Below, piece after piece: positions 8,856 through 18,373 of a DNA stretch of 64,000 nt; the first letter of the stretch is position 1; every line of letters starts with the position of its first letter. Source of the stretch: Chloropicon primus (taxonomy: Eukaryota). Made by a program: the position numbers and the translations under genes. A model generated the notes under the pieces. It was not told where the DNA came from. It ran no database searches and saw nothing but the letters and a program-made list of their open reading frames with translations. The stretch is from the NCBI GenBank assembly GCA_023205875.1, contig CP060761.1, positions 620,001-684,000 of the forward strand. The letters run 5' to 3'.

Positions 8856-10607
8856 ATGGCGGTGGAGGGGGAGAAGGACTTTGTGGTGGATTACGTGGTG
8901 AGGGCGGAGACGGAGGAGGAGGCGAGGCAGCAGGCTGGGAAGATAGCGCACGAGCAGACGGTGGAGCTTCCTGAGGCATATGTCAGAGACACTTATCCAG
9001 AGATCTCGGAAACGGTGGTTGGCAAACTGGTGGGGCTTGAGAGGGTGAGCAACGAGGATCGGTTGTGGAGGCTGTCGATCGCCTACCACGAGGACACGAC
9101 CGGCTTCGAGCTCCCGCAGTTCCTCAACGTTGTGTTCGGCAACACGAGCATCAAGGCGAACGTGCAAGTGGAAGATATCAAGTTGAGTAAGGGGCTTGCT
9201 GATGCGTTCCCGGGTCCGAGGTTTGGGACCGAGGGCTTGCACAAGCTCGTTGGGGTTGCTTTGGGCGAGCCGCTCGTGATGACGGCGCTCAAGCCCATGG
9301 GCCTCTCTGTCGAGGCTCTCGCGCACCAGACGTACTGCTTCGCAAAGGGTGGGATCGATATCATCAAGGACGATCACGGGCTCTCGAACCAGTCGTGGGC
9401 GCCCTTCGAGGAGAGGGTGAAAGCCTGCGTGGCCGCAGTGAAGAAGGCGAACGCGGAGACCGGGAGGAACTCCCTGTACGCACCGACGCTGAGCGGTCCC
9501 ATCGACAAGCTCTTCAGGATGGCGAGGTTCGTGAAGGAAGCTGGCGCGGGAGCGGTGTTGATGCTGCCAGGCATCACAGGGTTCGACTCCATGAGGGCTC
9601 TTGCGGCGGATGACTCGTTCAATCTCCCGATACTGTGCCACCCGGCCCTTATGGGCTGCATGCTGGGAGGAAGCCTGACGCCGGGGAACCTTCACGGCTT
9701 TGCCTTCGACGTGGCTCTCTCGCTGATTCCTCAAATCAGCGGCGCGGACGCCACCATCTTCCCGAACGTCGGCGGGAGGTTCGGATTCACCTTGAAGGAG
9801 TGCCAGTCCATCGTGGAGAGGTGCAGGAGCACGGAGGGGCCGTACAAGCCCATCGCAGCGACGCCGGGCGGCGGAATGACGTTGGATCGAATTCCCGAAA
9901 TCTTGGAGATCCTTGGGAGGGACATCACCCTCCTCGTCGGCGGCAGCGTCTTCGCGAGATCCCCTGACCTCGAGGGCAACTCAAGGGCATTCGTTTCGTC
10001 CACCGGAAGGAAGATGGAGAACTTTTCTGTTTCCCTGTCCAGCAGCAACGGCCACGTTCCGTCTCAAGAGCAGCTGGAACAGATCAGGAAACTTAGGGCT
10101 TTGAAGTACCCCGCGGTCAAGGGGAACCACGGGAAGTTCCTCGAGTTCAAGAAAAACTTCTCGGGGAGTGGGGTGATGGGCGAGGATGACTCGAGCCACT
10201 GGTTGAACGTTGCCCTGGAGATGTACAAGCCCGAGGCTGGGAACAAGAGCTGGGGCGGAGTCACCAGAACCGAGCTGATCGGAAAAAGGGATGAATCAAC
10301 CAAGTTCCATGTCAGGTACTTTGAGGTGTCCCCGGGCGGGCACAGCTCCCTGGAGAAGCACGAGCACGAGCACGTGGTGATATGCATCAAGGGAGAGGGG
10401 AAGTGCACGGTGGGCCAGCGCGTTTGGGACATGTCTTTCGGTGACATTTGCTACACCTCGCCATGGGACGTCCACCAATTCTGGTGCCCCGAAGACAAGA
10501 AGGAAACCTTTGCTTTCTTCTGCATCGTCAATGCCGAGAGGGATAAGCCCGTTCTCGTGGATCCGACCGGACTGGAGCTGGCTGACATGCCGAGCAGCTG
10601 CGGATGA
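8856..10607 (+). CDS. RuBisCO-like protein (form IV, DeepYkr type) fused to a C-terminal cupin domain
   Basis: RLP motifs IAHEQTVE, QFLNVVFGNTS, FPGPRFG, ALKPMGLS, GGIDIIKDDHGL, FPNVGGRF, PGGGM and LLVGG (~8856-10010). Cupin WGGVTRTELIG..FHVRYFEVSPGGHSSLEKHEHEHVVICIKGEG..GDICY..HQF (~10190-10560). One intronless ORF of 583 aa. Confidence 0.92.
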   Translation: MAVEGEKDFVVDYVVRAETEEEARQQAGKIAHEQTVELPEAYVRDTYPEISETVVGKLVGLERVSNEDRLWRLSIAYHEDTTGFELPQFLNVVFGNTSIKANVQVEDIKLSKGLADAFPGPRFGTEGLHKLVGVALGEPLVMTALKPMGLSVEALAHQTYCFAKGGIDIIKDDHGLSNQSWAPFEERVKACVAAVKKANAETGRNSLYAPTLSGPIDKLFRMARFVKEAGAGAVLMLPGITGFDSMRALAADDSFNLPILCHPALMGCMLGGSLTPGNLHGFAFDVALSLIPQISGADATIFPNVGGRFGFTLKECQSIVERCRSTEGPYKPIAATPGGGMTLDRIPEILEILGRDITLLVGGSVFARSPDLEGNSRAFVSSTGRKMENFSVSLSSSNGHVPSQEQLEQIRKLRALKYPAVKGNHGKFLEFKKNFSGSGVMGEDDSSHWLNVALEMYKPEAGNKSWGGVTRTELIGKRDESTKFHVRYFEVSPGGHSSLEKHEHEHVVICIKGEGKCTVGQRVWDMSFGDICYTSPWDVHQFWCPEDKKETFAFFCIVNAERDKPVLVDPTGLELADMPSSCG

Positions 10608-10963
10608 GACCACGTGATGATATCCTATCGTATCAAAGTTATTAATAAACAAACACTTATCCAATTCTTGGAGTTTTTTTGGAAAGCGTTTGAGCGTTTG
10701 AAAATAATTCTCATTGGCCCCTCAAGGACAAGGGGGCCATCCAATCTCAGTAACGGACGTTCGAACAGGGGAGGGAGAAGGCGAAGGGAAGCGAAGAGGA
10801 GGACGGACGTTTGGTCGACGGAGGACGCGACAAGCGGAAGCACCGTCTCTTCCTCTTTCGTGAGAGCCCTCGCACGAAGGAAACGGCGGTCTGGCGAGGA
10901 TTTGAGGACGAGAAGAAGTGAGAGAACGTAACGCTCGAGGAGGAGAAAGTGAGACATAGTAGG

Positions 10964-13276
10964 ATGAAGGAGACGGAAGAGAACAAGAGGCAGAGGACGG
11001 AGGCCCCCCCAAAACACGCACTGGATGTGCTGCCAGAGGTTCTGTGGAACATCGTCGGCAAGCATGTGGCCGAGTACGACCGCCTCGCCTTTGGGTTGAC
11101 CTGCAAGACGTTCCTCGAGGCGGTGGCGGCGGTGAACCCTGACCTGAAGAAGGGTAACAAGGTTGTCCTGAAGACGGCCCTGGGACGCGTGTTGTTGTTC
11201 GAGGAGATGCCTTGCTTCAGCATGGGTTGGTTCCAGTGGGTGTTTCGCTCGTTCAAAAGGAAGAAGGGAGCGATCGCGATCGGTGGGAGGTGTGGACGGT
11301 ACTCCGACCACTTGTGCGACGCCGACCTGATGTTGCTCGCTGCTTTCCAGGGCAGCAAGGGGGTTCTGGAGTGGTTGGTGGTGAACCAAGGGATCCCTTT
11401 GAATATCAAGTATATGCATGGCGAAGAGGTAGCAGCTGGAGGTGCTGCTGCAGGAGGTCACATCGATGTGCTGGAATGGCTGAGGAGCGAGGGGTGCAAG
11501 TTCAATTGCTGGACCTGTTCTTATGCAGCTTTTGGAGGTCACCTTGGTGTTCTGCAGTGGCTTCGAAGTCAGGACTCGCCTTGTGATTGGGACGACAAGA
11601 CTTGTGATTATGCAGCTAAAGGAGGTCACCTTGATGTCCTGCAGTGGGCTCGAAGCCAGGATCCGCCTTGCCCTTGGAACGACAAGACTTGCTCAGTGGC
11701 AGCTTATGGAGGCCATCTCGAAGTTCTGCAGTGGCTTCGAAGCCAGGATCCGCCTTGCCCTTGGCACTGGGATACTTGTGATTATGCAGCTAAAGGAGGT
11801 CACCTTCATGTTCTGCAGTGGCTTCGAAGCCAGGATCCACCTTGCCCTTGTGACCAGTGGGCTTGTGCTCAAGCAGCTACACGAGGTCACCTTCATGTTC
11901 TGCAGTGGCTTCGAAGCCAGGACCCGCCTTGTGATTGGGACGAGAGGACTTGTGAAGGGGCAGCTATATATGGTCACCTTGATGTTCTCAAGTGGGCTCG
12001 AAGCCAGGACCCGCCTTGCCCTTGGGACGAGAAGACTTGTGTTAAGGCAGCTGAAGGAGGTCACATTGATGTTCTCAAGTGGGCTCGAAGCCAGGACCCG
12101 CCTTGCCCTTGGAACGAGATAATTTGTTGTTGGGCAGCTAAAGGAGGTCACCTTGATGTTCTCAAGTGGGCTCGAAGCCAGGATCCACCTTGCCCTTGGA
12201 ACGAGAGAACTTGTAAATATGCAGCTAAAGCAGGTCACCTCGAAATTCTGCAGTGGGCTCGAAGCCAAAACCCGCCTTGCCCTTGGAACGAGAAGGTTTG
12301 TGAGGTTGCAGCTAAATATGATCACCTCGAAATTCTGAAGTGGCTTCGAAGTCAGGACCCGCCTTGCCCTTGGAACCTGTGGACTTTTTCTCGTGCAGCT
12401 AAAGCAGGTCACCTGCATGTTCTGCAGTGGGTCCGAGGCCAGGATCCGCCTTGGCCTTGGGACATGTGGACTTGTTGCGGTGCAGCTGAAGGAGGCCATC
12501 TTCATATCCTGCAGTGGGCTCGAAGTCAGAATCCACCTTGTGATTGGAACGAGAACACTTGTACTGAGGCAGCTCGAGGAGGTCACCTCTATGTTCTGCA
12601 GTGGCTTCGAATCCAGGATCCGCCTTGCCCTTGGAACGAGGAGACTTGTTCTAAGGCAGCTTATGAAGGTCACCTCCACGTTCTGCAGTGGGCTCGAAGT
12701 GAGGACCCGCCTTGCCCGTGGGACATCTGGACTTGTGCTGGTGCAGCTAGAGGGGGTCATCTTCATATTCTGCAGTGGGTTCGAAGCCAGAATCCACCTT
12801 GCCCTTGGGACGAGTACACTTGTCTTTGTGCAGCTGAAGGAGGTCACCTTGATGTCCTCAAGTGGGCTCGAAGCCAGGACCCGCCTTGCCCTTGGAACGA
12901 GGGGGCTTGTGAATATGCAGCTAAAGGAGGTCACCTTGATGTTCTGCAGTGGGCTCGAAGCCAGGATCCGCCTTGCCCTTGGAACGAGGGGACTTGTTTT
13001 GAGGCAGCTAAATATGGTCACCTTGATGTCCTGCAGTGGGTTCGAAGCCAAAACCCGCCTTGCCCTTGGAACGAGGGAGCTTGTCTTGTCGCAGCTCAAT
13101 GTGGTCGTTTCCACGTTATACAGTGGCTTCTTCGTCAGGATCCGCCTTGCCCTTGGGACCCAGTTGCTTGCAGAGCTGCAGCAGAGCAGAATGGCTACCA
13201 GGACGTCGTCGCGGAGATCGATACATTCCTTGGAGTGAGGTTGATCGAAGAAATGTTCGCCGTCCAGGGATGGTAA
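10964..13276 (+). CDS. Ankyrin-like tandem-repeat protein (29-aa 'PCPW' repeats) with N-terminal F-box-like motif
   Basis: ATG at 10964. LDVLPEVLWNIVGKHVAEYDRLAFGLTCKTF is F-box-like. It is followed by 20 units of GHLxVLxWxRSQDPPCPWxxxTCxxAAxx. Confidence 0.88.
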   Translation: MKETEENKRQRTEAPPKHALDVLPEVLWNIVGKHVAEYDRLAFGLTCKTFLEAVAAVNPDLKKGNKVVLKTALGRVLLFEEMPCFSMGWFQWVFRSFKRKKGAIAIGGRCGRYSDHLCDADLMLLAAFQGSKGVLEWLVVNQGIPLNIKYMHGEEVAAGGAAAGGHIDVLEWLRSEGCKFNCWTCSYAAFGGHLGVLQWLRSQDSPCDWDDKTCDYAAKGGHLDVLQWARSQDPPCPWNDKTCSVAAYGGHLEVLQWLRSQDPPCPWHWDTCDYAAKGGHLHVLQWLRSQDPPCPCDQWACAQAATRGHLHVLQWLRSQDPPCDWDERTCEGAAIYGHLDVLKWARSQDPPCPWDEKTCVKAAEGGHIDVLKWARSQDPPCPWNEIICCWAAKGGHLDVLKWARSQDPPCPWNERTCKYAAKAGHLEILQWARSQNPPCPWNEKVCEVAAKYDHLEILKWLRSQDPPCPWNLWTFSRAAKAGHLHVLQWVRGQDPPWPWDMWTCCGAAEGGHLHILQWARSQNPPCDWNENTCTEAARGGHLYVLQWLRIQDPPCPWNEETCSKAAYEGHLHVLQWARSEDPPCPWDIWTCAGAARGGHLHILQWVRSQNPPCPWDEYTCLCAAEGGHLDVLKWARSQDPPCPWNEGACEYAAKGGHLDVLQWARSQDPPCPWNEGTCFEAAKYGHLDVLQWVRSQNPPCPWNEGACLVAAQCGRFHVIQWLLRQDPPCPWDPVACRAAAEQNGYQDVVAEIDTFLGVRLIEEMFAVQGW
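11453..13190 (+). repeat. Coding tandem array of 87-bp units (19 x 29 aa plus one 27-aa unit)
   Basis: The unit ggtcacctt..ctgcagtgggctcgaagccaggatccgccttgcccttgg..acttgt(N6)gcagct(N6) recurs every 87 nt. Confidence 0.95.
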
Positions 13277-13489
13277 TCCATAGATAATAGTTTTCCTCTC
13301 CTCGCAAACCACGCGTGGAGGAGGAGAGAGGATCCGCAACAAGCCCGACCAAAAGGTGGTGGCAGTGCACTACCCCCTCTGCCCCCTCTCCTCACCAGAG
13401 GAGTCCAGCGGTGATAACGGCAGAGATGTCTTTCAGAAGAAGAGATATTGTATTCAAATCGTGAAGGATGATTGTTCCAGAAGCTTATT

Positions 13490-13680
13490 AGTGCAAGATA
13501 CAACCCAAGATCCCATCTTTGGCAGCACAAAGGGTGAAGCAGGGGGAGTGAGAGGCCAAAAGACTCTTCTCTGACCCCGTGGAGCGCAACTAGACCTCGA
13601 GACCTTTCGTTTGACCCCTCGCTTGCCCGTTTTGAGGAACATCTTTGGAGCCTCCTGGGAGGTCTCTCCAGCTGCTGGCC
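13490..13680. repeat. Dispersed intergenic repeat A, copy 2
   Basis: Reverse complement of 1665-1856. Ends ~75 bp before the DNAAF1 ATG. Confidence 0.9.
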
Positions 13681-13753
13681 AAAGCAAAGGCTAAAGAGGG
13701 AGAGAAGAGAGGCCTTGAAGTGGCGGACAAGGGGTGAAGCGACGAGGGCAAAC

Positions 13754-15475
13754 ATGGCATTTGAGATGTCAACGGAGTCCCTGAGGAAGCACTGCAGGAA
13801 GCTCAACCTGTACAGCAGCAGGCTTGACTTGAATGAGATTTTGCACTTGCAGTGCAAAGGCATCACAAAGATCCAGGGCTTGGAGGAGTTTACCGGGCTT
13901 ACGACGCTGTACTTGGAGTCAAACGCTATATCAGACATCGAGGGCCTGGAGCCCGTGCTGAAGCTGACGAGCCTTTACCTTGCCAAGAACTTCTTGAGCA
14001 GCACCGTGGGACTCAGCATCTTGGTGAACCTGCAGGTGCTGGACTTGGCTGACAACAACCTGTCCGAGTTGCAGGAGCTGGGAGAGCTAAAACAGCTCCG
14101 GACGCTTAACATCTCCGGCAACAAACTGATGAGCCTTGAGAGTATGGCAGAGATCAAGAAACTTCCTGAGCTGATCTCGCTTGACTTGTCGAACAACCGC
14201 TTGGGCAAGCGAGCGGGCGGCGAGAACGGCGACGGCAAGGAAGGAGAGGCTGAGAAGGACGATGAACTGATGGCTTTCTTTTGCACGCTCAAGCTCAAGT
14301 GGCTCAGGCTCGTGGGCAACCCGTTCTTGAGGAGGGTCAGGGGTTACAGAAAGATTCTCATTGGACGGATGCCGACCTTGAACTACCTGGACGACCAACC
14401 GGCCTTTCCCAAAGATAGAAGGCTGGCTTTGGCTTACTTGAGCGGCGGCATCGAAGGAGAGAGGGAGGAGAGGAAGAAGATCAACCAAGAGGAGAAGCAG
14501 AAGAGGGAGGACAGATCGAAGGAATTCGACAGAATGATTGCCGAAGCGAGGGAGCGCGCAAAGACGAATCCAGTCAAACACGACCCAAGCATCTTCAGGG
14601 CCAAGGAACCGGAGCCGGAGCCGGAGCCGGAGCCATCCATCGCAGAGGTCGAAGACTCTGACGATGGCGGCAGTGGTGAGGCCGAGTCCACCGCCGCAGA
14701 GCCGGAAGGAGGCCACGGTGGAGAGCAGTCGGAAGCTGCGGATGGGGCTTGTGATGACGATGGTGGCGGTGATGATGACGCCGAGGAGGAGGAAGAGGGT
14801 CCTTCCACTTCTGATCCAATGCTGGAGAGCCACCCGCTGACCGGCTGCGCGGACGGCCACGTGGAGCTCGACGGGGCGAGCAGCCAAGGCAACGACGTTC
14901 CGGCAGGCCACTTTGTGTTGCAGAGCCACCTCACCGACATCACGAGTTTAGACAAAGAGGAGCTGAAGGAGAGGCAAGCGCAACACAGGACCAAGATCTT
15001 GCAAAGGGAGTTCGACCGAGCGACCCTGAGCATCCAACAAAGGACCGAGCAGCAGCAGCAAGCCTCCTCTACGTACAAGCGACCGGTGATCTGGGGGACG
15101 GACAGATACAAGCAGCTGTTCGCGATGGCCGCCAGCATGCCAGACCCCAAGCCAGAAGAGAGGGAGGACCCACCTGGACGGGAGGGAGCTCAGGATCCCG
15201 AGCACGAGGAGCCAGACTCCATCGGCGCGCAGTACAGGGCAATGCTTGACCAAAGCCGCGACCTCACGGGTGCTCTGTCCGAGTTGGAGTCCGAGACCGA
15301 GAGCAGCAGCTTCGACCCCATGGACGAATACACGGTGACAAACCACCAGCACCAGCACCAGCAACACCACGAGGTGATCCTTGCACGGGATCTCGGGCGC
15401 GAGGAAGGGGAGGACAGCGACGAGGGCATCGAAGTCATCGAAAGGGAAGTCATCGATTTCGAGGCCATGGACTAA
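13754..15475 (+). CDS. DNAAF1: Dynein axonemal assembly factor 1 (ODA7/LRRC50) homolog
   Basis: MSTESLRKHCRKLNLY..LNEILHLQCKGITKIQGLEEFTGLTTLYLESNAI (SDS22-type LRRs), LRRcap GNPFLRRVRGYRK..LNYLDDQPAFPKDR..GGIEGEREER, then an acidic low-complexity tail. Confidence 0.85.
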   Translation: MAFEMSTESLRKHCRKLNLYSSRLDLNEILHLQCKGITKIQGLEEFTGLTTLYLESNAISDIEGLEPVLKLTSLYLAKNFLSSTVGLSILVNLQVLDLADNNLSELQELGELKQLRTLNISGNKLMSLESMAEIKKLPELISLDLSNNRLGKRAGGENGDGKEGEAEKDDELMAFFCTLKLKWLRLVGNPFLRRVRGYRKILIGRMPTLNYLDDQPAFPKDRRLALAYLSGGIEGEREERKKINQEEKQKREDRSKEFDRMIAEARERAKTNPVKHDPSIFRAKEPEPEPEPEPSIAEVEDSDDGGSGEAESTAAEPEGGHGGEQSEAADGACDDDGGGDDDAEEEEEGPSTSDPMLESHPLTGCADGHVELDGASSQGNDVPAGHFVLQSHLTDITSLDKEELKERQAQHRTKILQREFDRATLSIQQRTEQQQQASSTYKRPVIWGTDRYKQLFAMAASMPDPKPEEREDPPGREGAQDPEHEEPDSIGAQYRAMLDQSRDLTGALSELESETESSSFDPMDEYTVTNHQHQHQQHHEVILARDLGREEGEDSDEGIEVIEREVIDFEAMD

Positions 15476-15690
15476 TGCATCCATCCACTTGGGGGCATGA
15501 GCAAGGACACGAGAGGACGGGACAATGACCGGGAGATCCAAGTCACCGGAGGGGGAGTAAAGGAAAGGAAAGGGGGATGCACCACCTAAATGGTTTCCCT
15601 CTCAATCCCCTCGCTTAAACCCCCCCCACACCGGAGGATGTTTCAGTTTTGTGATCAAAAAAATTTTTCATGTTCATTCATATTTTTGTC

Positions 15691-17179
15691 ATGGAAGGGA
15701 CCAAGCCAACAACCTCGCAAGCGGCAGACGTGCAGCGCGAGCACTGGAGGGGAGCGGTGAGTCAAACGCACACCCTTCACCCGACCCAAGCGACGAACCT
15801 TCCTCTCTCTCTCTCTCTCTGTTTCTCTCTCTCTCTCTTCCACGTGACTGACTTGTCTCTCTCTTTTGGGGGTTTGATTTGATTTGGTTTGTGTCCAGGT
15901 TGCTCTGAAGCTCGAGCTTCATCCGGATGAGGTCACGACCGTGCCACCTCCAGCTCCTCTCTTCGTAAGTCTCACTCACGCTCTCTGCTTTGCTTTGCGT
16001 TTCTTCTTCTTCTTCCTCCTCGTTTCACAAATCCTTCCTCTGCTGCTGCTCTTGCTTGAGTGACTGACTGACTTCTCTTTTGCTTTTCTGGGTTTCAGGT
16101 TTTGGCTCCGAGGTTAGGTTACTTGCCACAGGTCGCGCAGCAAGCTTTGGAACATTTTGGGGTGCGTCACACTCGACACTGCCACGCTGCTCTCCTCATC
16201 TCTCTTCTCATCTCATCTCATCTCTTCTGTTCTGTTCTGCTCTGTTCTGACTTGTGGCTTGCTTCTTGTGCGTGGGACAAACACCGCGGGTGCAGAGTGT
16301 GCTTCCTCCTGGAGAGAATGAGATCTGGTTCGAGTACCAAGGGGTGCCACTCAAGTGGCACATACCCACAGGAAGCTTATTTGATTTGTTGTCGGAAGGC
16401 GACGGGCAGTATCCTTGGTGTCTCACGGTGAGTCCACGGCATACGCCGGGTGCGCGCGCGCGTGTTGGGTGACAAGGGGCTGACTCGAGCATCTGCACCT
16501 TCTCTCTCTCTCTCTCTCTCTCTGTCTTCGTTGCTGCCTCGATGAAAGGTTCACTTCCGGTCGTACCCGAGGAATATCTTGCAGCAGGTCACGGGGGACA
16601 GTATGCAAGCAAGCTACTTCAACTCGCTCAAGGAATCCGCGTACGTACTCACGGGGAGCAGCAATTCTGTGATGTCGCTGACGAAGAAGTCTCAGCAGGA
16701 GCTTTGGCAGAACGTCCTACAGAGCCAGGACGTCGAGTTCTTCGCCAACATGCAAAAGATGGACCTCGCGAAGCCCACGGTAAGCTTCGTTTCTTCCTGA
16801 CCAATGCTCCTTCAGCTGATGGGCTGGACTGACGGTTTGCGTTGCGGTTGCCGCCTCTCTCGTCTCGTCCCTGCTGCAGAGGTCCAGAATTCCGATTCGA
16901 GTGTATCATAGGGAGAAGGTCTTTGACTCGTTCACGGGATGGAAGTCGATTGATTACCTGTCGAAGTCGTTTGACATTGATGCAGAGAAGGACGAGCTAA
17001 CGGCCAGGCACCTCTTCAGAGATTGCCTCAAGAGCCACAGCGAAGAAGAGCTCGGCAAAGTGAAGCTAGTTGTCGCGGGGGTCGAGCTGAGCCTAGACGT
17101 GAATGTTGGTGACATGTACTCCCACCTGAAGAACGCGGATAATTGGCTGTATTTGGTCCTCAAACCCGCGACCTCGTGA
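15691..17179 (+). CDS. ATG5: Autophagy protein 5, six exons (15691-15756, 15899-15964, 16099-16161, 16296-16427, 16549-16779, 16880-17179; 285 aa)
   Basis: GT-AG splicing gives one frame containing LAPRLGYLP, IWFEYQGVPLKWHIPTGSLFDLL, PWCLTVHFRSYP, YFNSLKESAY (conjugation Lys), RIPIRVY and LKNADNWLYLV. Confidence 0.93.
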
Positions 17180-17250
17180 TAACTTAAATATTGTTTGTTT
17201 GTACCAAAAAGCCTTACATCAGCATCGTACCTCACACGCAAGATGGTGGA

Positions 17251-18373
17251 TCACGCCCCCTTCAAAGCTGCGGTGAACGAGGCATTCAGGATCTGGAAGT
17301 TCTCGTTCAGGCGGCTCTGGATGGCATCCCTCTCGCCCTCCTTGAGCTTGCTTCCATACTTTCCCATGAACTTGTCCGGGTGCCACCGCAAAGCGCAGTG
17401 CTTGTATGCTGATTTCACCTTGGCCTTGTAGTTTTGGGACTCGGGCTGCTTCTGCGTCGCCCACTGGAGCAGCTTCTCTGAGTGTGGAGGCCAAGGTATG
17501 GACGCCATGGGGATCACTTCCAACTCCACGAAACTCGCCCACTTGGTCTCGTACTCGTTCCACTGGCCGGACTGACCCTGCGTCATCGCAGCATCGACTG
17601 GGTTCCTCCTCCTCTCCGCATCCCTCTCTTGCCTCGCTCTTGCTTCCTCGGCACGCTGCTCGGGCGTTTTCTCGGCGCTCTGCTTCTGCCTCTCCGCGTT
17701 CTTTCTCTGTCTCTCTTCGGCTTCCCTCACCTCCCTCTCCCTTTGCTCCATCAGGAACCTAAACCATTGGTCTTCATCCTCCTCGAGCTGCTTCCTCGCG
17801 TGAGCGACCTTTTCATCGATGACCTTGCGTTGACTCGCACGCTCCTTTTGGGCAAGGTTCTTGCGCGCCTGCGTGGTCGCCCGAACCGTCTTGTTCTTCA
17901 TCGTCATCGCCGTGAGGTCCTGCTGCAGCTTGTCCTGCTCCGACAGAAAGTCGAACGGCTTCGATGATGATGCAGACGACCCCGAGGGAGGTGGAGGGGG
18001 ATCTCTGGGGGGAGGGGGCTTGGACCCTCCGCTGTTGAATGACGGGCGCCTCCCAAAACCTCCCTGCTGCGCTCCACCACTGCCATCATCATCATCATCA
18101 TTGCTGGAGCGTGAGTACACACCCTTGTTGTCCGCGGTCGTTGTGGTGAACTTGCTGACGTTTCTGTTGCTTGCCTTGGCCGCACCTCCTCCTTTCTCTC
18201 CGCTGTCCATCCACTTCACAGGGAGAGGAGAAAAGAAGCGAAGCAGACCCGGGAAGCAGTGCCTCGGAGTCAGTAACAACAGGACAAGGAAACCTTGCAA
18301 CCTTGCACAGCATCCATTTGTGGGCTCGAGCACTGGTTTGGCTTACCTGGAAAGCGGGATTGAATCCGCTCAT
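17251..18373 (-). CDS. Coiled-coil protein with C-terminal J-domain-like HPD motif (NFKBIL1 C-terminus-like); exons 18373-18347 and 18213-17251
   Basis: MSGFNPAFQ|gtaagc..aag|WMDSG splices in frame. C-terminus IPWPP..VKSAYKHCALRWHPDKFMGKYG. TGTAA on the minus strand at ~17214-17218. Confidence 0.7.

Noticed and set aside
8856..10010. True RuBisCO large subunit or plastid DNA insertion
   Set aside because: KDDH rather than KDDE, nuclear-type codon use and a cupin fusion indicate a form IV RLP.
11453..13190. 87-bp array as a CRISPR array or diversity-generating retroelement
   Set aside because: The units are in-frame coding repeats with no unique spacers, cas genes, reverse transcriptase or template repeat in the window.
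11523..13342. Long alternative-frame and antisense ORFs over the ankyrin array
   Set aside because: By-products of a stop-poor repeated unit.
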